A stretch of 64,000 bases of DNA from NCBI RefSeq assembly GCF_006345805.1, contig NC_043015.1:49910001-49974000 (forward strand), given 5' to 3'. The translations under genes were made by a program, and so were the position numbers. The stretch's first letter is position 1. Every line of letters starts with the position of its first letter. The notes beneath the pieces are model-generated. The model was not told the DNA's origin, ran no database searches, and was given only the letters and a program-made list of their open reading frames with translations. Of the stretch, positions 1-13,276 are shown piece by piece. Origin of the DNA: Octopus sinensis (taxonomy: Eukaryota).

Positions 1-130
1 CCACAACTTTCATCTGTTGGCCTGCTCACTCAACCAGCGGGGTGGCGTCATTTGAAGACTAAAACAATGCGAAGCGCATTGTGACTTGCGATGTATAGCA
101 AAATCTGATAGCCTGGTCGATCACGTGATT
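1..130 (+). mobile_element. Probable 3' end of a SINE-like interspersed repeat
   Basis: CpG-rich segment (GCGAAGCGCATTGTGAC...GATAGCCTGGTCGATCACGTGA) that I recall as an octopus repeat; truncated by the window edge. Confidence 0.4.
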
Positions 131-139
131 ATATATATA

Positions 140-524
140 CTCTTGTTTCAGTCATTTGACTGTGGCCATGCTGGAGCACCGTCTTTAGTCGACCAAATCG
201 ACCCCAGGGCTTATTCTTTGTAAGCCTAGTACTTATTCTATCGGTCTCTTTTGCCGAACCGCTAAGTTACGGGGACGTAAACACACCAGCATCGGTTGTC
301 GAGCTATGTTGGTGAGAAAAACACAAACACAAAGACATACACGTATATATATATATATATACGACGGGCTTCTTTCAGTTTCCGTCTACCAAATCCACTC
401 ACAAGGCTTTGGTCGGCCTAAGACTATATTAGAAGACACTTGCCCAAGGTGCCACGCAGGTGTACTGAACCCCGAACCAAATGGTTCGTTAGCAAGCTAC
501 TTACCACACAGCCACTCCTACGCC

Positions 525-525
<1 letters not shown>
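140..525 (-). mobile_element. tRNA-derived SINE, family A
   Basis: Reverse complement of the copy at 38260-38710, including head, internal (TA/CA)n and tail. Confidence 0.85.
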
Positions 526-555
<30 letters not shown>

Positions 556-1031
556 CTTCTGACGAGGCCTTTGGTTATTTTAACATACAAGTATAATTTT
601 TAATGCCTAAAACCATAATACACTGACATCTATAGGCAATATAGGTTGAATTGACACTTGACCATAGGCTGAAACAGCTGTAAGCTGTAAGGAGCAGTTT
701 ATTTGTATTATTATATTACATATTGATATATAGTGTTTTGTTTGATTTTGATGTTCCCGTTTGTATAATTAATAATGTGAAATTGTAATATCCGTAAGCT
801 GATGAACGAGATGAATTTGTTTCTCCATTTTCTTATTTGTATTATGAATTTACGGTCAAAATATTTTTTACCTTCACCCATTTAATACCATAAATGAATT
901 AATTGCATTGAAATTAAAAGCATTTATGTATTAAGAATTTGGGTACTTTACCAGCAGTATATTGGATAACTGATATCCCATAGTGTGTTACATTCATAAC
1001 CCTTATCTTACTTTGTATATATACATATATA

Positions 1032-1420
1032 CTAGCAGTATCGCCCGGCGTTGCTCGGGTTTGTAAGGGAAATAACTATATAAGCATTTTTAGAGTTATA
1101 GCCCCAAAAAAGCAAAAAAATGCATTAAAAATGGAAAAAAAAATGATGGTAAATCTTTTTTAAATCGTTGACTCATCGTAGACATTTTTAGAGAGTTACT
1201 TCCCTTATATAATAGCGAAAAAATGCATTAAAATGATGGTAAATCTTTTTTAAGATCGTAGACTCATCGTAGACGCGCGCTAATAACCAGAAGGGCTCGA
1301 TATGAATCACGACTATAAGATACCCGGTTTTGGTTAAACTGCACCGCAAAATGTGGGAGTAGTTAGGAATCTAAATCGTAGGAGACAGACACACAACTTC
1401 ACTTTTATATATATATATAT
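1032..1420 (-). mobile_element. Non-autonomous Helitron-like element
   Basis: Minus-strand 3' end CCCGAGCAACGCCGGG hairpin (1044-1059), 8 nt, then CTAG|T; 5' end TATATAAAAGTGAAGTTGTGTGTCTGTC; internal ~60-70 bp duplication; no TSD. Confidence 0.7.
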
Positions 1421-1759
1421 ATAATAATGTGTACTCAGTGAAAAGAACAACCCAAATATGAACCATCATGCAAAAAAGTAGAATTTAAAAAAAAAAAAAA
1501 CTGCCAGGCTAACGAAAAGTATTGCAAACTGTGCATTTATTTATACAGTTATTACATCAAGTGACATTTACAGTTTGTTTGGTTGCTCCCGGTCAATTTT
1601 GGTAACAAGGACCCTGGAGATGGTTCCACTAGTTCTCATAACGATTCTTTCTAGCAAATGCAAGAGTTTACATGAAATTATATATGTATATATAAAAAAT
1701 TAAAAAAATGAAGAAAAACAAAACCAGATTCTGTATATATAATAAATAATAATAATAAT

Positions 1760-3090
1760 AATAATGTCTTTCTATTATAGGCACAAGGCCTGAAATTTTG
1801 TGTGTGTGGGGGACTAGTCGAGTTCATTGACCCCCGGAAAGGATGAAAGGCAAAGTCGACCAAGCAAATAATAATAATAATAATAATCCTTTCTAGTATA
1901 GGCACAAGGCCCTGAAATTTTTTTTTAGAGGGGCTGGGGACTAGTTGATTTCATCGACCCCAGTGTTTCAGTGATACTTAATTTATCGACCGACCCCGAA
2001 AGGATGAAAAGCAAAGTTGACCTCAGCAGAATTTTAATAATAAATAATAATTTTTATTATTATTTCTGCTCAAGGCCTGAACTTTTAGAGAGGGTGAGGG
2101 GTGGGGGTGCTTGTCAATTACACTAAGCATTTTGTCAAGGGCATTTAACAATTCTGCCCACTTGCCAATTTACTAATATAATAATAATAATAATAGTTTC
2201 AAATTTTGGCACAGGGCCAACAAGTTTGGGAGGAGGGGGGCAAGTTGATTATATCAACCCCAGTGTTCGGCTGGTACTCTTTTTTAACAACATCGAAAGA
2301 ATGAAAGGCCAAGTCAACCTCGGTGGAATTTGAACTCAGAATGTAAAGACAGACGAAATACCGCTAAGCATTTTTGCCCAATGTGCTAACAATTCTGCCA
2401 GCTCACTGCCTTAATAACAACAACATTAATAATGGTTTGAAATTTTGGCACAGGGCAATTTGGGGGGAGGGGCAAGTTGATTCCATCAACCCCAGTGCTT
2501 GACTGGTCCTTACTCCATCGACCCCCAAAAAGATGAAATGCAAAGTCAACCTTGGCAGTATTTGAACTCAGTGTAAAGAGCCAAAGGAAATACCATTAGG
2601 CATTTTGTTCAGCGCACTAACAATACTTTTTCAACTCTAGGCACAAGGCCTGAAATTTTAGGGGAGAGGGCCAGTTGATTAGATTGACCCCAGTATGCAA
2701 CAGGTACTTAATTTATCGACCCCGAAAGGATGAAAGGCAAAGTCGACCTCGGTGGAATTTGAACTCAGAATGTAAAGACAAACGAAATACCACTAAGCAT
2801 TTTGGCTGGCGTGCTAACGTTTCTGCCAGCTCGCCGCTTTATTAATAATAATAATGATGATGATGATGATAGCTTCAAATTTTGGCACAAGGCAAGCAAT
2901 TCTGGGGGAGGGGGAAGTTGAGTCATTTAACCTCAGTGCTTGACTGGTCCTTATTCCATTGACCCCAACCCCAAAAGGATGAAATGCAAAGTCAACCTCG
3001 GCAGTAATTGAACTCAGAGTGTAAAGAGCCAAAGGAAATGCCACGAGACATTTTGTTCCACGCACTAACAATACTGCCAACTTGCTGTAG
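1760..3090 (-). mobile_element. Head-to-tail cluster of about 6-7 Nin/Deu-domain-type SINE copies (family B)
   Basis: Repeated CGACCCCGAAAGGATGAAAGGCAAAGTCGACCTCGG core and GGCACAAGGCC tail, separated by (AAT)n/(GAT)n. Confidence 0.85.
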
Positions 3091-3867
3091 CAGTAGTAGT
3101 AGTAGTAGTAGTAGTAGTAATGATGATGATGATGATGATGATGATGAAGAAAAAGAATAGCAGTAAGCATTTATTATTTTATTTACACTGAAGAAATTTT
3201 ATGGAGGGCAAATGGAGTTTGGAGGCAAATAAGGAGAGAAAAAAAAAAAAGAAAAGGGGGTTAAATTATTTAAGATAATTATGTTTATTGTATTCATTAC
3301 TTGCAGTTTAATAATAACAAGTAAAAAAAGAAATTTTTTTAATACCCACAAGATTTCTGTATCAAAACATAACAAATGAGAAATGATAGGCTTTTCCGAA
3401 GGAAATAGACTTAAAAGACAAAGAAAAATTAAATGGAAATTTAATTTATTAGATATACATATCATTAACAGGAAGTGATGAATCAAATGAATGTTTTACA
3501 GCGTTATATACATACACACACGCAATCATCGTTCAATACCTGGCTTAAACAAGGCCAATACACACATCATATATATATGTATATACATATATGCACACAC
3601 ACACACGCATCTTTTGCTTTTTAAGTGCTTCAGTCATTAGACTGTAGCCATGCTGGGGCACAGCCTTCAAAAATTCTTAGTTGAACACATCAGCCCCAGC
3701 ACTTATTCTATCAGTTTCACTGACAACCCACTGAGAAATATATATATATATATATACACACACATACATACATACATACAGGCCTTGTGGTATATTTCCA
3801 CAGAGCACTTTTCATTAGAGACAGACATATACACACACTGCATCAATAAAATTACCACATTTGTACC

Positions 3868-3926
3868 ATATATATATATATATATATATATATTTTTTTA
3901 TATGTATGTATGTATATACATATGTA

Positions 3927-3992
<66 letters not shown>

Positions 3993-3998
3993 GTATAT

Positions 3999-4035
<37 letters not shown>

Positions 4036-4069
4036 TATATATATATATATATAATGTATATATATATAT

Positions 4070-4114
<45 letters not shown>

Positions 4115-4133
4115 ATGTATATATATATGTATA

Positions 4134-4184
<51 letters not shown>

Positions 4185-4292
4185 GTGTGTGTGTGAGTAT
4201 ATATATATATATATATTATATATATATATATGTATATATATGTATATATATGTATATATATATATGTGTGTGTGTGAGTATATATATATATA
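3868..4292. repeat. Long (TA)n/(TG)n compound microsatellite
   Basis: Directly visible; includes an internal ~80-bp duplicated unit ending GTGTGTGTGTGAGTATATA. Confidence 0.95.
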
Positions 4293-4939
4293 TCAAAGTT
4301 GAGATTATGTCTGATGAATTTAACCAATGCGATGTTTTAAAACATACAGCTAAACATAAGAATACAGGAAATATTTAAGTTCATAAAAATTAGATAAGCT
4401 ACTAATAGTCTTTAAGACATATATTCATCTTGCCTTTTCCTTTTCTAAATTAAAAGATGAAATAACAATGCAATATAATTCTCTATTAATTTTGAGAAGA
4501 TAATCTGTGATAACTCGCAGGATATATATTATATATATATATATTTTTTTAGTAATATACACTTGATAAATTCATTATTTCTTCACAGAATAAGTCAAGT
4601 TATATGAATTCTGCACCAAAGTTTTAAAGAATTTTCTTTTTTCCCTGCTCTAAATCTTGAAAGAAATCTGTAGTCATAATAATTTTCAATATATTATTTG
4701 TGGAATATAACACTGAAGTTAATATAATCTCATTCATTGTTGCAATAACTGCCATAATAATGAATGCCAAGTTGATCGCCTTCCTTTACAAATTGTGTAA
4801 TTCTTCTTTCTTTCCTATTTCAGGAAATTTAGGTTTCATGGAAAATTCCTTTGAAGGGAACTGAACAGTAGAAATAAATATAAACGGAGTTTTCTTAAAG
4901 AAAACCATAAAATAAAAACAACAACAACAATAATAATAA

Positions 4940-5330
4940 TAATTTTGGGACAAGGCCAGCAGTTTTTTAGGATAAGAGCTAAGCCAATTACATCAGCCCT
5001 TGTGTACAACTGGTATTTTTTATTTTATCAATTCTGAATGGACAAACAGCAAAGCTGACTTCTACAGAATTTGAACTCAAAACATTAAAAGCCCGAAGAA
5101 ACACCACAAACCATTTCGCCTGACATCTAATGATTCTGCCAATAATAAAAACCATAATAATTATTATTAATTTTTATATTGTTATTATGATTTCAAAACC
5201 CTATCATGGTTGACTTCAGTTTTCATTCCTTTGGCACCAATAAAAGTACCGGTAATTACTGGGAGCAATGTAACCGACTATTCACTCTCCACACAAATTT
5301 CAAGCATAGTACCTACATTAAGAAACACCA
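4940..5330. mobile_element. Two diverged family B SINE copies in opposite orientation
   Basis: 4940-5140 minus (AAAGCTGACTTC..GAATTTGAACTC); 5210-5325 plus (GTTGACTTCAGTTTTCATTCCTTT). Confidence 0.65.
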
Positions 5331-5339
5331 CCATTATTA

Positions 5340-5890
5340 TTATTATTATTATTACTGAATGAGAGTACAATGCATGCTATCAAAGTGACACTGGAGTACA
5401 AATATATGAAGTCCAATACAGCCATCATGATGACCAGACTGATAAGGGTACATCAGGTGCATGCATCATAGCCATATGTGTGCAACAAGGTGATCTCATA
5501 TAAAGATAAACAGCACATGACCTTGCAGGTGGGGCCCAGTTAGAATTTTCTTCAGGTTGAGTTGCCCATCCCACTCAAAAGGTCCCTGAATAAGGGTTAA
5601 GGATGATGAACAAAACACCCATATTTCCTGAGGTGAATTATCCAAACCCCAAAGAATCCCTCTCAACACATCGCTATGATGCTCCCCCACGACTTCTGCT
5701 CGTGATCAGAGATGCACGTAGTCAGCCACATGCTCAACTGGTTAAGGCCAAGCAACTGACATGTAATCTGTGGTATTGAGCAGAATATTTGCTGTGGCCC
5801 ATCTTTTATACCAAGACAAAACAATGTACATGATAACACTGCCAATCAGTTAAGATTAGAAGCCAAGAGAGCCACTGACTGGTATTATTA
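5340..5890 (-). repeat. Interspersed repeat bounded by (ATT)n, probably retroposon-derived
   Basis: GC-richer ~550-bp block with (AAT)n tail on the minus strand; family not assigned. Confidence 0.45.
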
Positions 5891-7064
5891 TTATTTTTGA
5901 TTCAAGTGACGATATTCTGTCAAACCCTTTGTTGTTAGCCATAAAGCAGTAAGGGCCAGTTAAGTTTAAAATGGTACTCCATCTACTTCCATCATCATTA
6001 AGGGTACTCTGCTGATGTAGTTCATGATAACTGCACATGGTGAAGTAAATAAAGGTGAGTAACTTTTTGTGTTTCTTAAATCAAAACCAGAATTTAGTCC
6101 CATTCCAAAAAAATTAAAATTTTTATATTTTTCTACATTTTGAAAAAAATACAAAAAAAAAATTTCATAAAAAAGCATAAAACAATGAATCTCAGTAACA
6201 GAGTTGGTTTGTTTACTTTGAAAACTACTAATGAGATATGTCGAAGTTTAGCTTGCTCATCAACAAAAATCACAGAATAAAAGGAAAGATTTTAGAAAAT
6301 AAATAGAAATGCTAATATTTTCACATTATTATTATTATAATTATTATTATTATTATTATTTTTTGTAGTAAATGGAAGGCGGCTTTTGTTTAAAGATTAG
6401 CCAAAAGACTTTGGCTGAGGTCTTAAGATATGCCAAATAGGATAAGCTTTATTTTTATCAATATAATTATTAAAATTTTTAACAGGAATTCCTGAAGTGT
6501 TTCAAGATTAAAAATGCAATCTAATTTGCTAAACTGAAAAGCTAACAAATATATTCGGGGGGGGGGGGGGTAGTAGAGAGAAATTCCGTCACAGAATAAC
6601 TGACCTGTCCCATGAAACAAATACAAAGACAATGTAGAGCTTGAGAAAATAATTATTACAAATAATAATAGTAAAAAATTACTTTTTTTTTTAATTTTAA
6701 GAATGAAGCCTTTCTGCAGGGAAAGTTGGGTTAATTATTTTGCTCAAGGACACTGCAAAATCTGCAACAGTATATCCAGGTGTGACTTATAAACCAATAG
6801 ATGGTCTGCCTAATCAGTGCACCACTGCTCAAATTTTCATTAATTAAGGAAAAATATAAACTTTTTTTCTTTTTTTTTTTCCCTTCGTAACTGCTATTCT
6901 TTTGAAGCAATGGCACATTAGGTGCGAATATTCCATCTAAGAACTGAAATCAAGTTGTGTGTTTCATTCAGAAAGAGCCTACCAACACACCATGCAAAAA
7001 CCTTAAAAGAAAAAAAAAAAAACTTTCCACGAGTCCATGTGTTCAAGAAACATCTCTTAATATT

Positions 7065-7515
7065 GATTTCAAATTCTGGCACAAGGCCAGTAATTTTTGG
7101 GGGAGTAGGGGCTTAAGCTGATTTAATCAACTCCTGTGCTCAACTGCTACTTATTTTATTTTACATTCCGGAAGGATGAGAGGCTAAGTCAACCCCAGCA
7201 ACATTTGAACTCAGAACATAAAGTCGGAAGAAATACAGCTAAGCATTTTGTCTGGTGAAATAATGATTCCGCCAGCACGCCGCCTTAACATTGGTTTCAA
7301 ATTTTGGCATGAGGCCAGCAATTTCAAAGGAGGAGATAAGTCGATCACATCGACTCCTCCCAGTTTGCAACTGGTACTTAATTTATTGACCTCCTGAAAG
7401 GATGAAAGGCAAAGTCGACCTCGGCAGAATTTGAACTCAGAATGTAAAGACAGACGAAATACCATTAAGCATTCCATCCTGCATGCTAACGTTTCTGCCA
7501 GCTCATTGCTTGAAC
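7065..7515 (-). mobile_element. Two tandem family B SINE copies
   Basis: Two family B cores; flanking direct repeat AACATCTCTTAATATTGA near 7049 and 7513 may be a TSD. Confidence 0.8.
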
Positions 7516-7591
7516 ATCTCTTAATATTGAATCCATTTCAACAAGGCAGAAAGTTTCAAACTTAGAAGTGAGGAGGACAAAAGGAGATGAG

Positions 7592-7634
<43 letters not shown>

Positions 7635-9190
7635 GATATTCCGGTCTTCTTTAATGCTATTCATCGTATAAAATGGTCCACAAACTATTGAAACAGGTTT
7701 TTAGACATGAAAAATGTTAAAAATGACCAAACACTATGCAGACAGTTACCTCCCTTGAAACCAGTTGTCTCATCCATTGGTCACTGGATGGCTGGCGCAC
7801 GTCATGGTGTTGCATTGTGGGAGAATTAAATCTATAGCTTCTGGACGGCGCAACCAGTGATTAGACGTATTTTCTTCCTGCTGCGATTCCAAGTGATGTA
7901 ACGGTCAAACATAACCACATCTATATGATTAAGAGCGCACAGAAACAGCCTTTATCTCTTTCTATACAAAATACCGTAATTTGCATGCAGTGTCAAGATT
8001 AAAAGGACTTGCGGTCGTATATGCAAATTCTTATCTTTTTATTCTTGTATTTGAAGAATGTCCTAAAACTACAAGAGATAGCTGTTATTAGGACCTCAAG
8101 AGAACATTACTACTGCAAGAGATCCGTCAGTTCTTACATAGCAAAATAGTAAAAAATATAGAAAAATGTCAGTGGGAACCAAAGGATTGAATGTAATCTA
8201 TTTTAAAGTTTACTGGTAGTCTTAAGAGAAAGAAATCTGTTAAGTAATAGGGCTAATTATGGAGTTTAGTTTATCCTTCACTAGATGTCACTTAAAAACA
8301 CGAATATATATCACAGTCCAAAACAGCTTGTAGTTTTAAACAAATACAAAGCAATCTATTCAAGCAAGACCAGCAGCTAATCAAATTTAACATCCATAGT
8401 AAGGCTTCAAAAACTCTGTGAAAGTATCATAAGTTAATTATACAGAACTTGGTAACTGAATTGATTAATTAATTAATTAATTAATCAATCAATTAATTAA
8501 TGAGTGAGTGAGTGAGTGAGTGAATGAATGATTATTTTTTAGTTGTGGGTGATGAAGGTGCTTAGAAGTGAATTACAAAAAAAAACCAAAAAAACAACAT
8601 TAAATAGAATCTTATCAACACAAACAAACAACGGATACCTTGTTTCAGCCTCTTCTAAGCTTATTTCAGCTGTAATTGGCAATTGAAAATATTTTGCTAT
8701 TCACACACAAACACACACACACACACACCCATGTATAGAAATTTTCATTGAAGTCCCAATATTCCAAAATTGTTATAACAAAAAGAATGTTTTATTCAAG
8801 AGGGCAACCTATCAAGGAAACCAAATCATAATAACTGGCAGTTTAATGAATAACATGTATCCACAAATTACACACACGTGTGTTTGTGTATATATATATA
8901 TATATATATATAAATATATATATATACTTATAAATATATATACATACACACACACACGTATTTATACACATGCATAAAGACAAGAGCATGTATGTGTGTG
9001 TATATATATATATATACACACACATAAATGTTAATGCTGAGGTTGTCAAGATATTAGGTTAGTCATGAAAATACAAGCATTTACTGACGAACAGACACAA
9101 TGCTTGTAGTAGTCTACTTTAGATGCCCAGTTATCCCAATAAGTATTTATACATACATATATATATATATACACACACACATCATACAGA

Positions 9191-9226
<36 letters not shown>

Positions 9227-10038
9227 ATGTATGTATATCTTAGGTGCCCGTTCGTAGGAACAAGGCATTAATATGGTAAAGAAAGTGCTTAATCCTTCAG
9301 TGAGTTATAGATATTTCTTTATTAATAACTAGATCGCAGTTTTATAGAACACATTCCACCCTTACTGTCTTTTCAAAGCAAGACAAGTTTTGCGAAAGCA
9401 ATAAGGGCTAAAACAGATTTATAAAATTGTAATCCAGTCATTAATGTATATATATATATTATATATATATATACACACACATGCACATGTCACTCGCACA
9501 ACACAAAGATATATATATATATATATATATAATATATATATATGTACATGTGTATATAAACATGTATATACATATGTATAGGTTTGTCAGTAAGTTATAA
9601 ATAACTTGTCTCAAAGTTGGAAGACAATTTTTAAAAAATATTCTTCAAGTATTTCACTTCGTTATTCTAGTGGTATCTAAATATAAAAATTGTCATCATT
9701 GAGAGAACACCTTCAGTGTCCGAGAGGCCTATCTTGACAGAGGCCTTGTGGCAACCATTACAAGTCTATTTTGTTCGAACGGAATAAAGAAAGGACGTAC
9801 AGAACTGTTTTACTTTATACATATTAAAAATTACTCAATGCTATTATAGCACTTTTAATGTCCATTTTGTTTGTATATTTCTGTATGTGTGTTTTCTTTT
9901 GTTTTCCTTTATATATATATATATTATATATACATACATATATATACATATACACACACACACATATATATATATATTATATATATACATATATATATAT
10001 TCACTTTCTCTCACTCTCGCACCAAACACAGTTCCTCC

Positions 10039-10346
10039 TCATACGACATGATTGCTACCCCTGGTGGATTCAGAGGTGATGGACTCTGGGAGGTGAGGGT
10101 CCACAGTCAGTACTTCAATGCAGCTGTCTTCTATATCACTTTCAGGAGGAGATGCCACGACATCTTGCATCATCGTTTCTAGAGGAGTTTTCTTCATTAA
10201 AGCAGCAGCAGTAGAATTAGTGGCCCGTGTTCCAACCACGCCATCTTCAGCAGAGATACCACCAACAGCTCCAAGGGTTGGTTCAGACAAGCTGTTATTC
10301 GAAGCTGGTCCATCACTACCCAGTTCAGAATTAATGGATACAGGAT
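10039..10346 (-). CDS. RNF13: RNF13-like terminal coding exon 10 (Ser/acidic low-complexity tail)
   Basis: Long polypyrimidine tract plus ccag acceptor; phase matches exon 9; open for 101 full codons ((D)PVSINSELGSDGPA...TRGSNHVV) to TGA at 10039-10041; GC-richer than flanks. Little homology I can recognise. Confidence 0.8.
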
Positions 10347-10515
10347 CTGGTTAAAAAAAGAAAACAAAAATTAACAAAGGGAAACGGATTCACAGCAATA
10401 AAATATTCTCCAGTTTGTTGCAGATCTTTTCAAAACTTAACCAATTCCGCTGCCATATTTCAATGGAAATACAGTTTTCTTAGTTTCAATTAATTTTAAA
10501 AATAAAGGATTTATT

Positions 10516-10899
10516 GTGTGGAAGCACTCCATCGGTTATGACGACGAGGGTTCCGGTTGATCCGATCAACGGAACAGCCTGCTCGTGAAATTAACGTGTA
10601 AGTGGCTGAGCACTCCACAGACACGTGTACCCTTAACGCAGTTCTCGGGGATATTCAGCGTGACACAGAGAGTGACAAGGCCGGCCCTTTGAAATACAGG
10701 CACAACAGAAACAGGAAGTAAGAGTGAGAGAAAGTTGTGGTGAAAGAGTACAGCAGGGATCACCACCATCCCCTGCCGGAGCCTCGGGAGCTTTAGGTGT
10801 TTTCGCTCAATAAACACTCACAACGCCCGGTCTGGGAATCGAAACCGCGATCCTACGACCGCGAGTCCGCTGCCCTAACCACTGGGCCATTGCGCCTCC
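10516..10899 (-). mobile_element. Young tRNA(Arg-like)-derived SINE, family C, with perfect 12-bp TSD
   Basis: Head GGAGGCGCAATGGCCCAGTGGTTAGGGCAGCGGACTCGCGG...GGTTTCGATTCCC (A and B boxes); CpGs intact; TSD AAAGGATTTATT at 10504-10515 and 10900-10911. Confidence 0.9.
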
Positions 10900-10939
10900 A
10901 AAGGATTTATTAAAACAACTCTGTCAAAATGATTCTGAC

Positions 10940-11295
10940 ATGGCAATGCAATAAGAAGCTTGCTTCCTAAACACATGGTTCCAGGTTCAGTCCCATTGCG
11001 TGGCACCTTGGGCAAGTGTCTTCTACTATAGCTTTGGGTCAATCAAAGCTCTGTGAGTGGATTTGATAGATGGAAACTGAAAGAAGCCTGTCGTATATGT
11101 GTGTATTTGTCTCCCACCACTGTTTGACAACCAGTGTCGGTTTGTTTGCTTCCTTGTAACGTAGCAGTTCAACAAAAGAGACCGATGGAATAAGTAACAA
11201 GCTTAAAAAATAAGTACTGGGGTTTATTTGTTCAGCTAAACCCATCAAGGTGGTGCCCCTCCACGGCCACAGTTCAAAAGACTGAAACAAGTAAA
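10940..11295 (+). mobile_element. tRNA-derived SINE, family A
   Basis: GGTTCAGTCCCA B-box, GGCACCTTGGGCAAGTGTCTTC and tail ACTGAAACAAGTAAAA. Confidence 0.8.
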
Positions 11296-12297
11296 ATATA
11301 CGATAAAAACTGTCTTTCAGAATTTCGTACTAATTTATGTTCCAAAGATTAGCTTAATAATGACAGAGTTATTTTAATAAATTCTTAATTATTTTCAAAA
11401 TTAATTGAAACATAAGTAAATCTTTCTAAAATATTAATTTTCCATAACAAAATGCAAAGGGAGACAACTGAACATTGTAAATTATTTTGTCTGCTGCTGC
11501 CAGCAGAAATGCCATAGACAAAATACCTTCATAGAGGTCATCTCAAATCAATTATTAAAATATAAAGCCAGTTTACAAATAAGTTAAGTGTTTAAATATT
11601 GTGGTTCTAGTCAACACATACTTGATATTTTCAAGAACACACATCTTCTGACAAAAATTCAAAAGGATGACATGCTCTGTTCACTTAATTCTGTTTTCAT
11701 ATGCAATTTTATTTTAACTTCTCATCAGAAACAGAGACAGGTGGAAATCTGCTTTAAGTACCCCATATAACTTTTTTTTATTTTTATTTTATGAAATTTT
11801 CAGAAAAATTTTGTGAATTTGTGGTAATTTATGCAATTATGCAAAATCCAAAAAGTTACATGTGATTTAAGGACTATTTAGCTGTTCTTTTTAGCACATC
11901 TCACGACCACATGATACCCTGCTTGTTTGACTATCATTCTGACATATTGATGTTTTTCAATATCTTTCTCCTTATAAGCACATGTTAGGTCTGTTGCTGG
12001 GATTTAAACAAAACATTCAGACTCCATATTTTAAACTGTGATTTAAAAAAGAAAAATTCGAAAAACTTTTTTAAAAATTTAAAAAAAAATTTTTTTTCCC
12101 CCCATAGTCATATGAATTCTCAAGTGTAGAACACAAATCTATAAAAATTTTCTGAAAATTCCAAAATATAGAAAAGTATGGGGTGCACAAATCACACATA
12201 GAAGTCTTTAACACTGTTAGTGAGATGATGTAATTGAGTATCCATGAATACATGTGTCTACACACATTGAATTTGCAGATATTAGCATATTGTCGGT

Positions 12298-12995
12298 GCA
12301 GGTGTGGGCGAGTGTCATGAAGTTAACTTCCCAACAACACATGGTCTTGGGTGAAGGGTCTTCTACTAAAGCCACAGTCCAACCCAAGCCTTCTGAGTGG
12401 ATTTGGGAGAGACAGGAACTGAAAGAAATCCATTGCAAATACATGCACATGTGTGTGTCTATGTTCCCATCCCACTGTCTCCTAGACCAGTGCTATTGAA
12501 AGTGGTGGTCTGCAGACCAGCGCAGGTCCACAAGCCATCAACTGCCGGTACACAGTGAGGTTCCAGAAAAGAAAGAAACATTATAAAAGGCTTTATGTAA
12601 TATTGTATTATTTGTTTACAAAATAAATACAAGATAAAAAAAACTGTCAACTTTTATTATATTCATTATATTGTTTCTGGTATAAATTGATATTACTAAG
12701 AAATATTACTGGCTCCTGGCACATTGGGAAAAAGAAAAACTGTCAGTATGCCACACCAGATAGTTTGAGAAGCGCTGTCCTAGACACTGCATCATAGTTG
12801 TGAGTGTCACTATCATGCAAGCGGCGCCCTCCATTTCCACTCTTCCAAGACATGTCTGGTTATGGGGAAATATTTACTTTATCCGGAAACAGGTGAGAGT
12901 TGGCAAAGGGTATCTGATTGTAGGAAAAAATGCCTCAACAAATTCCGTCCTAACCATGTAATTATGAAAAGGCTGATGTTAAACAATGATGAGGA
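12298..12995 (+). mobile_element. SINE with family A head and RTE-like tail, interrupted by a hAT MITE
   Basis: Head 12298-12480; resumes after 12785 with ...GGAAACAGGTGAGAGTTGG...GTTAAACAATGATGAGGATG. Confidence 0.7.
12488..12777. mobile_element. hAT (Charlie-like) MITE
   Basis: TIRs CAGTGCTATTGAAA / TTTGAGAAGCGCTG; perfect 8-bp TSD TCCTAGAC at 12480-12487 and 12778-12785. Confidence 0.85.
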
Positions 12996-13044
12996 TGGTA
13001 GCAAAATCAGGGAAATGTAGACTTTAAATAAATACAAAACATGT

Positions 13045-13213
13045 AACCAGCAGATTCTGTAAAGTGGTGGTAAGAAGGGCATCCAGCCATAGAAACCATA
13101 CCAGAACAAATGACAGGATCTTGGTGCAGCCCTTTGCCTTGCCAGCTCCTTTCAAACCGTCCAACCCATGCCAGCATGGAAAATGGATGTTAAATGATGA
13201 TGATGATGATGAT
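13045..13213 (+). mobile_element. RTE LINE 3' tail
   Basis: GAAGGGCATCCAGCC...CCATGCCAGCATGGAAAATGGATGTTAAA(TGA)n. Confidence 0.8.
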
Positions 13214-13276
13214 GGTATGACAAAATACTAAATTGTAAACAACAAAAAAATAAATAATAAAATAACAGGGCCAAAC

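Noticed and set aside
306-596. Recurrent ORFs containing 'SVYQIHSQGFGRP...CPRCHAVGLNPEP'
   Set aside because: Chance reading frames of the family A SINE, not a protein family.
3650-4378. YIYI/CVCV-rich ORFs (also near 9.9, 21.1, 25.1, 30.3 and 34.9 kb)
   Set aside because: Translations of (TA)n/(TG)n/(CA)n microsatellites.
10118-10354. Plus-strand ORF overlapping the last exon
   Set aside because: Antisense shadow of the coding exon; no independent support.
10825-10899. tRNA-like sequence with A and B boxes
   Set aside because: It is the head of a TSD-flanked SINE and lacks a proper acceptor stem.
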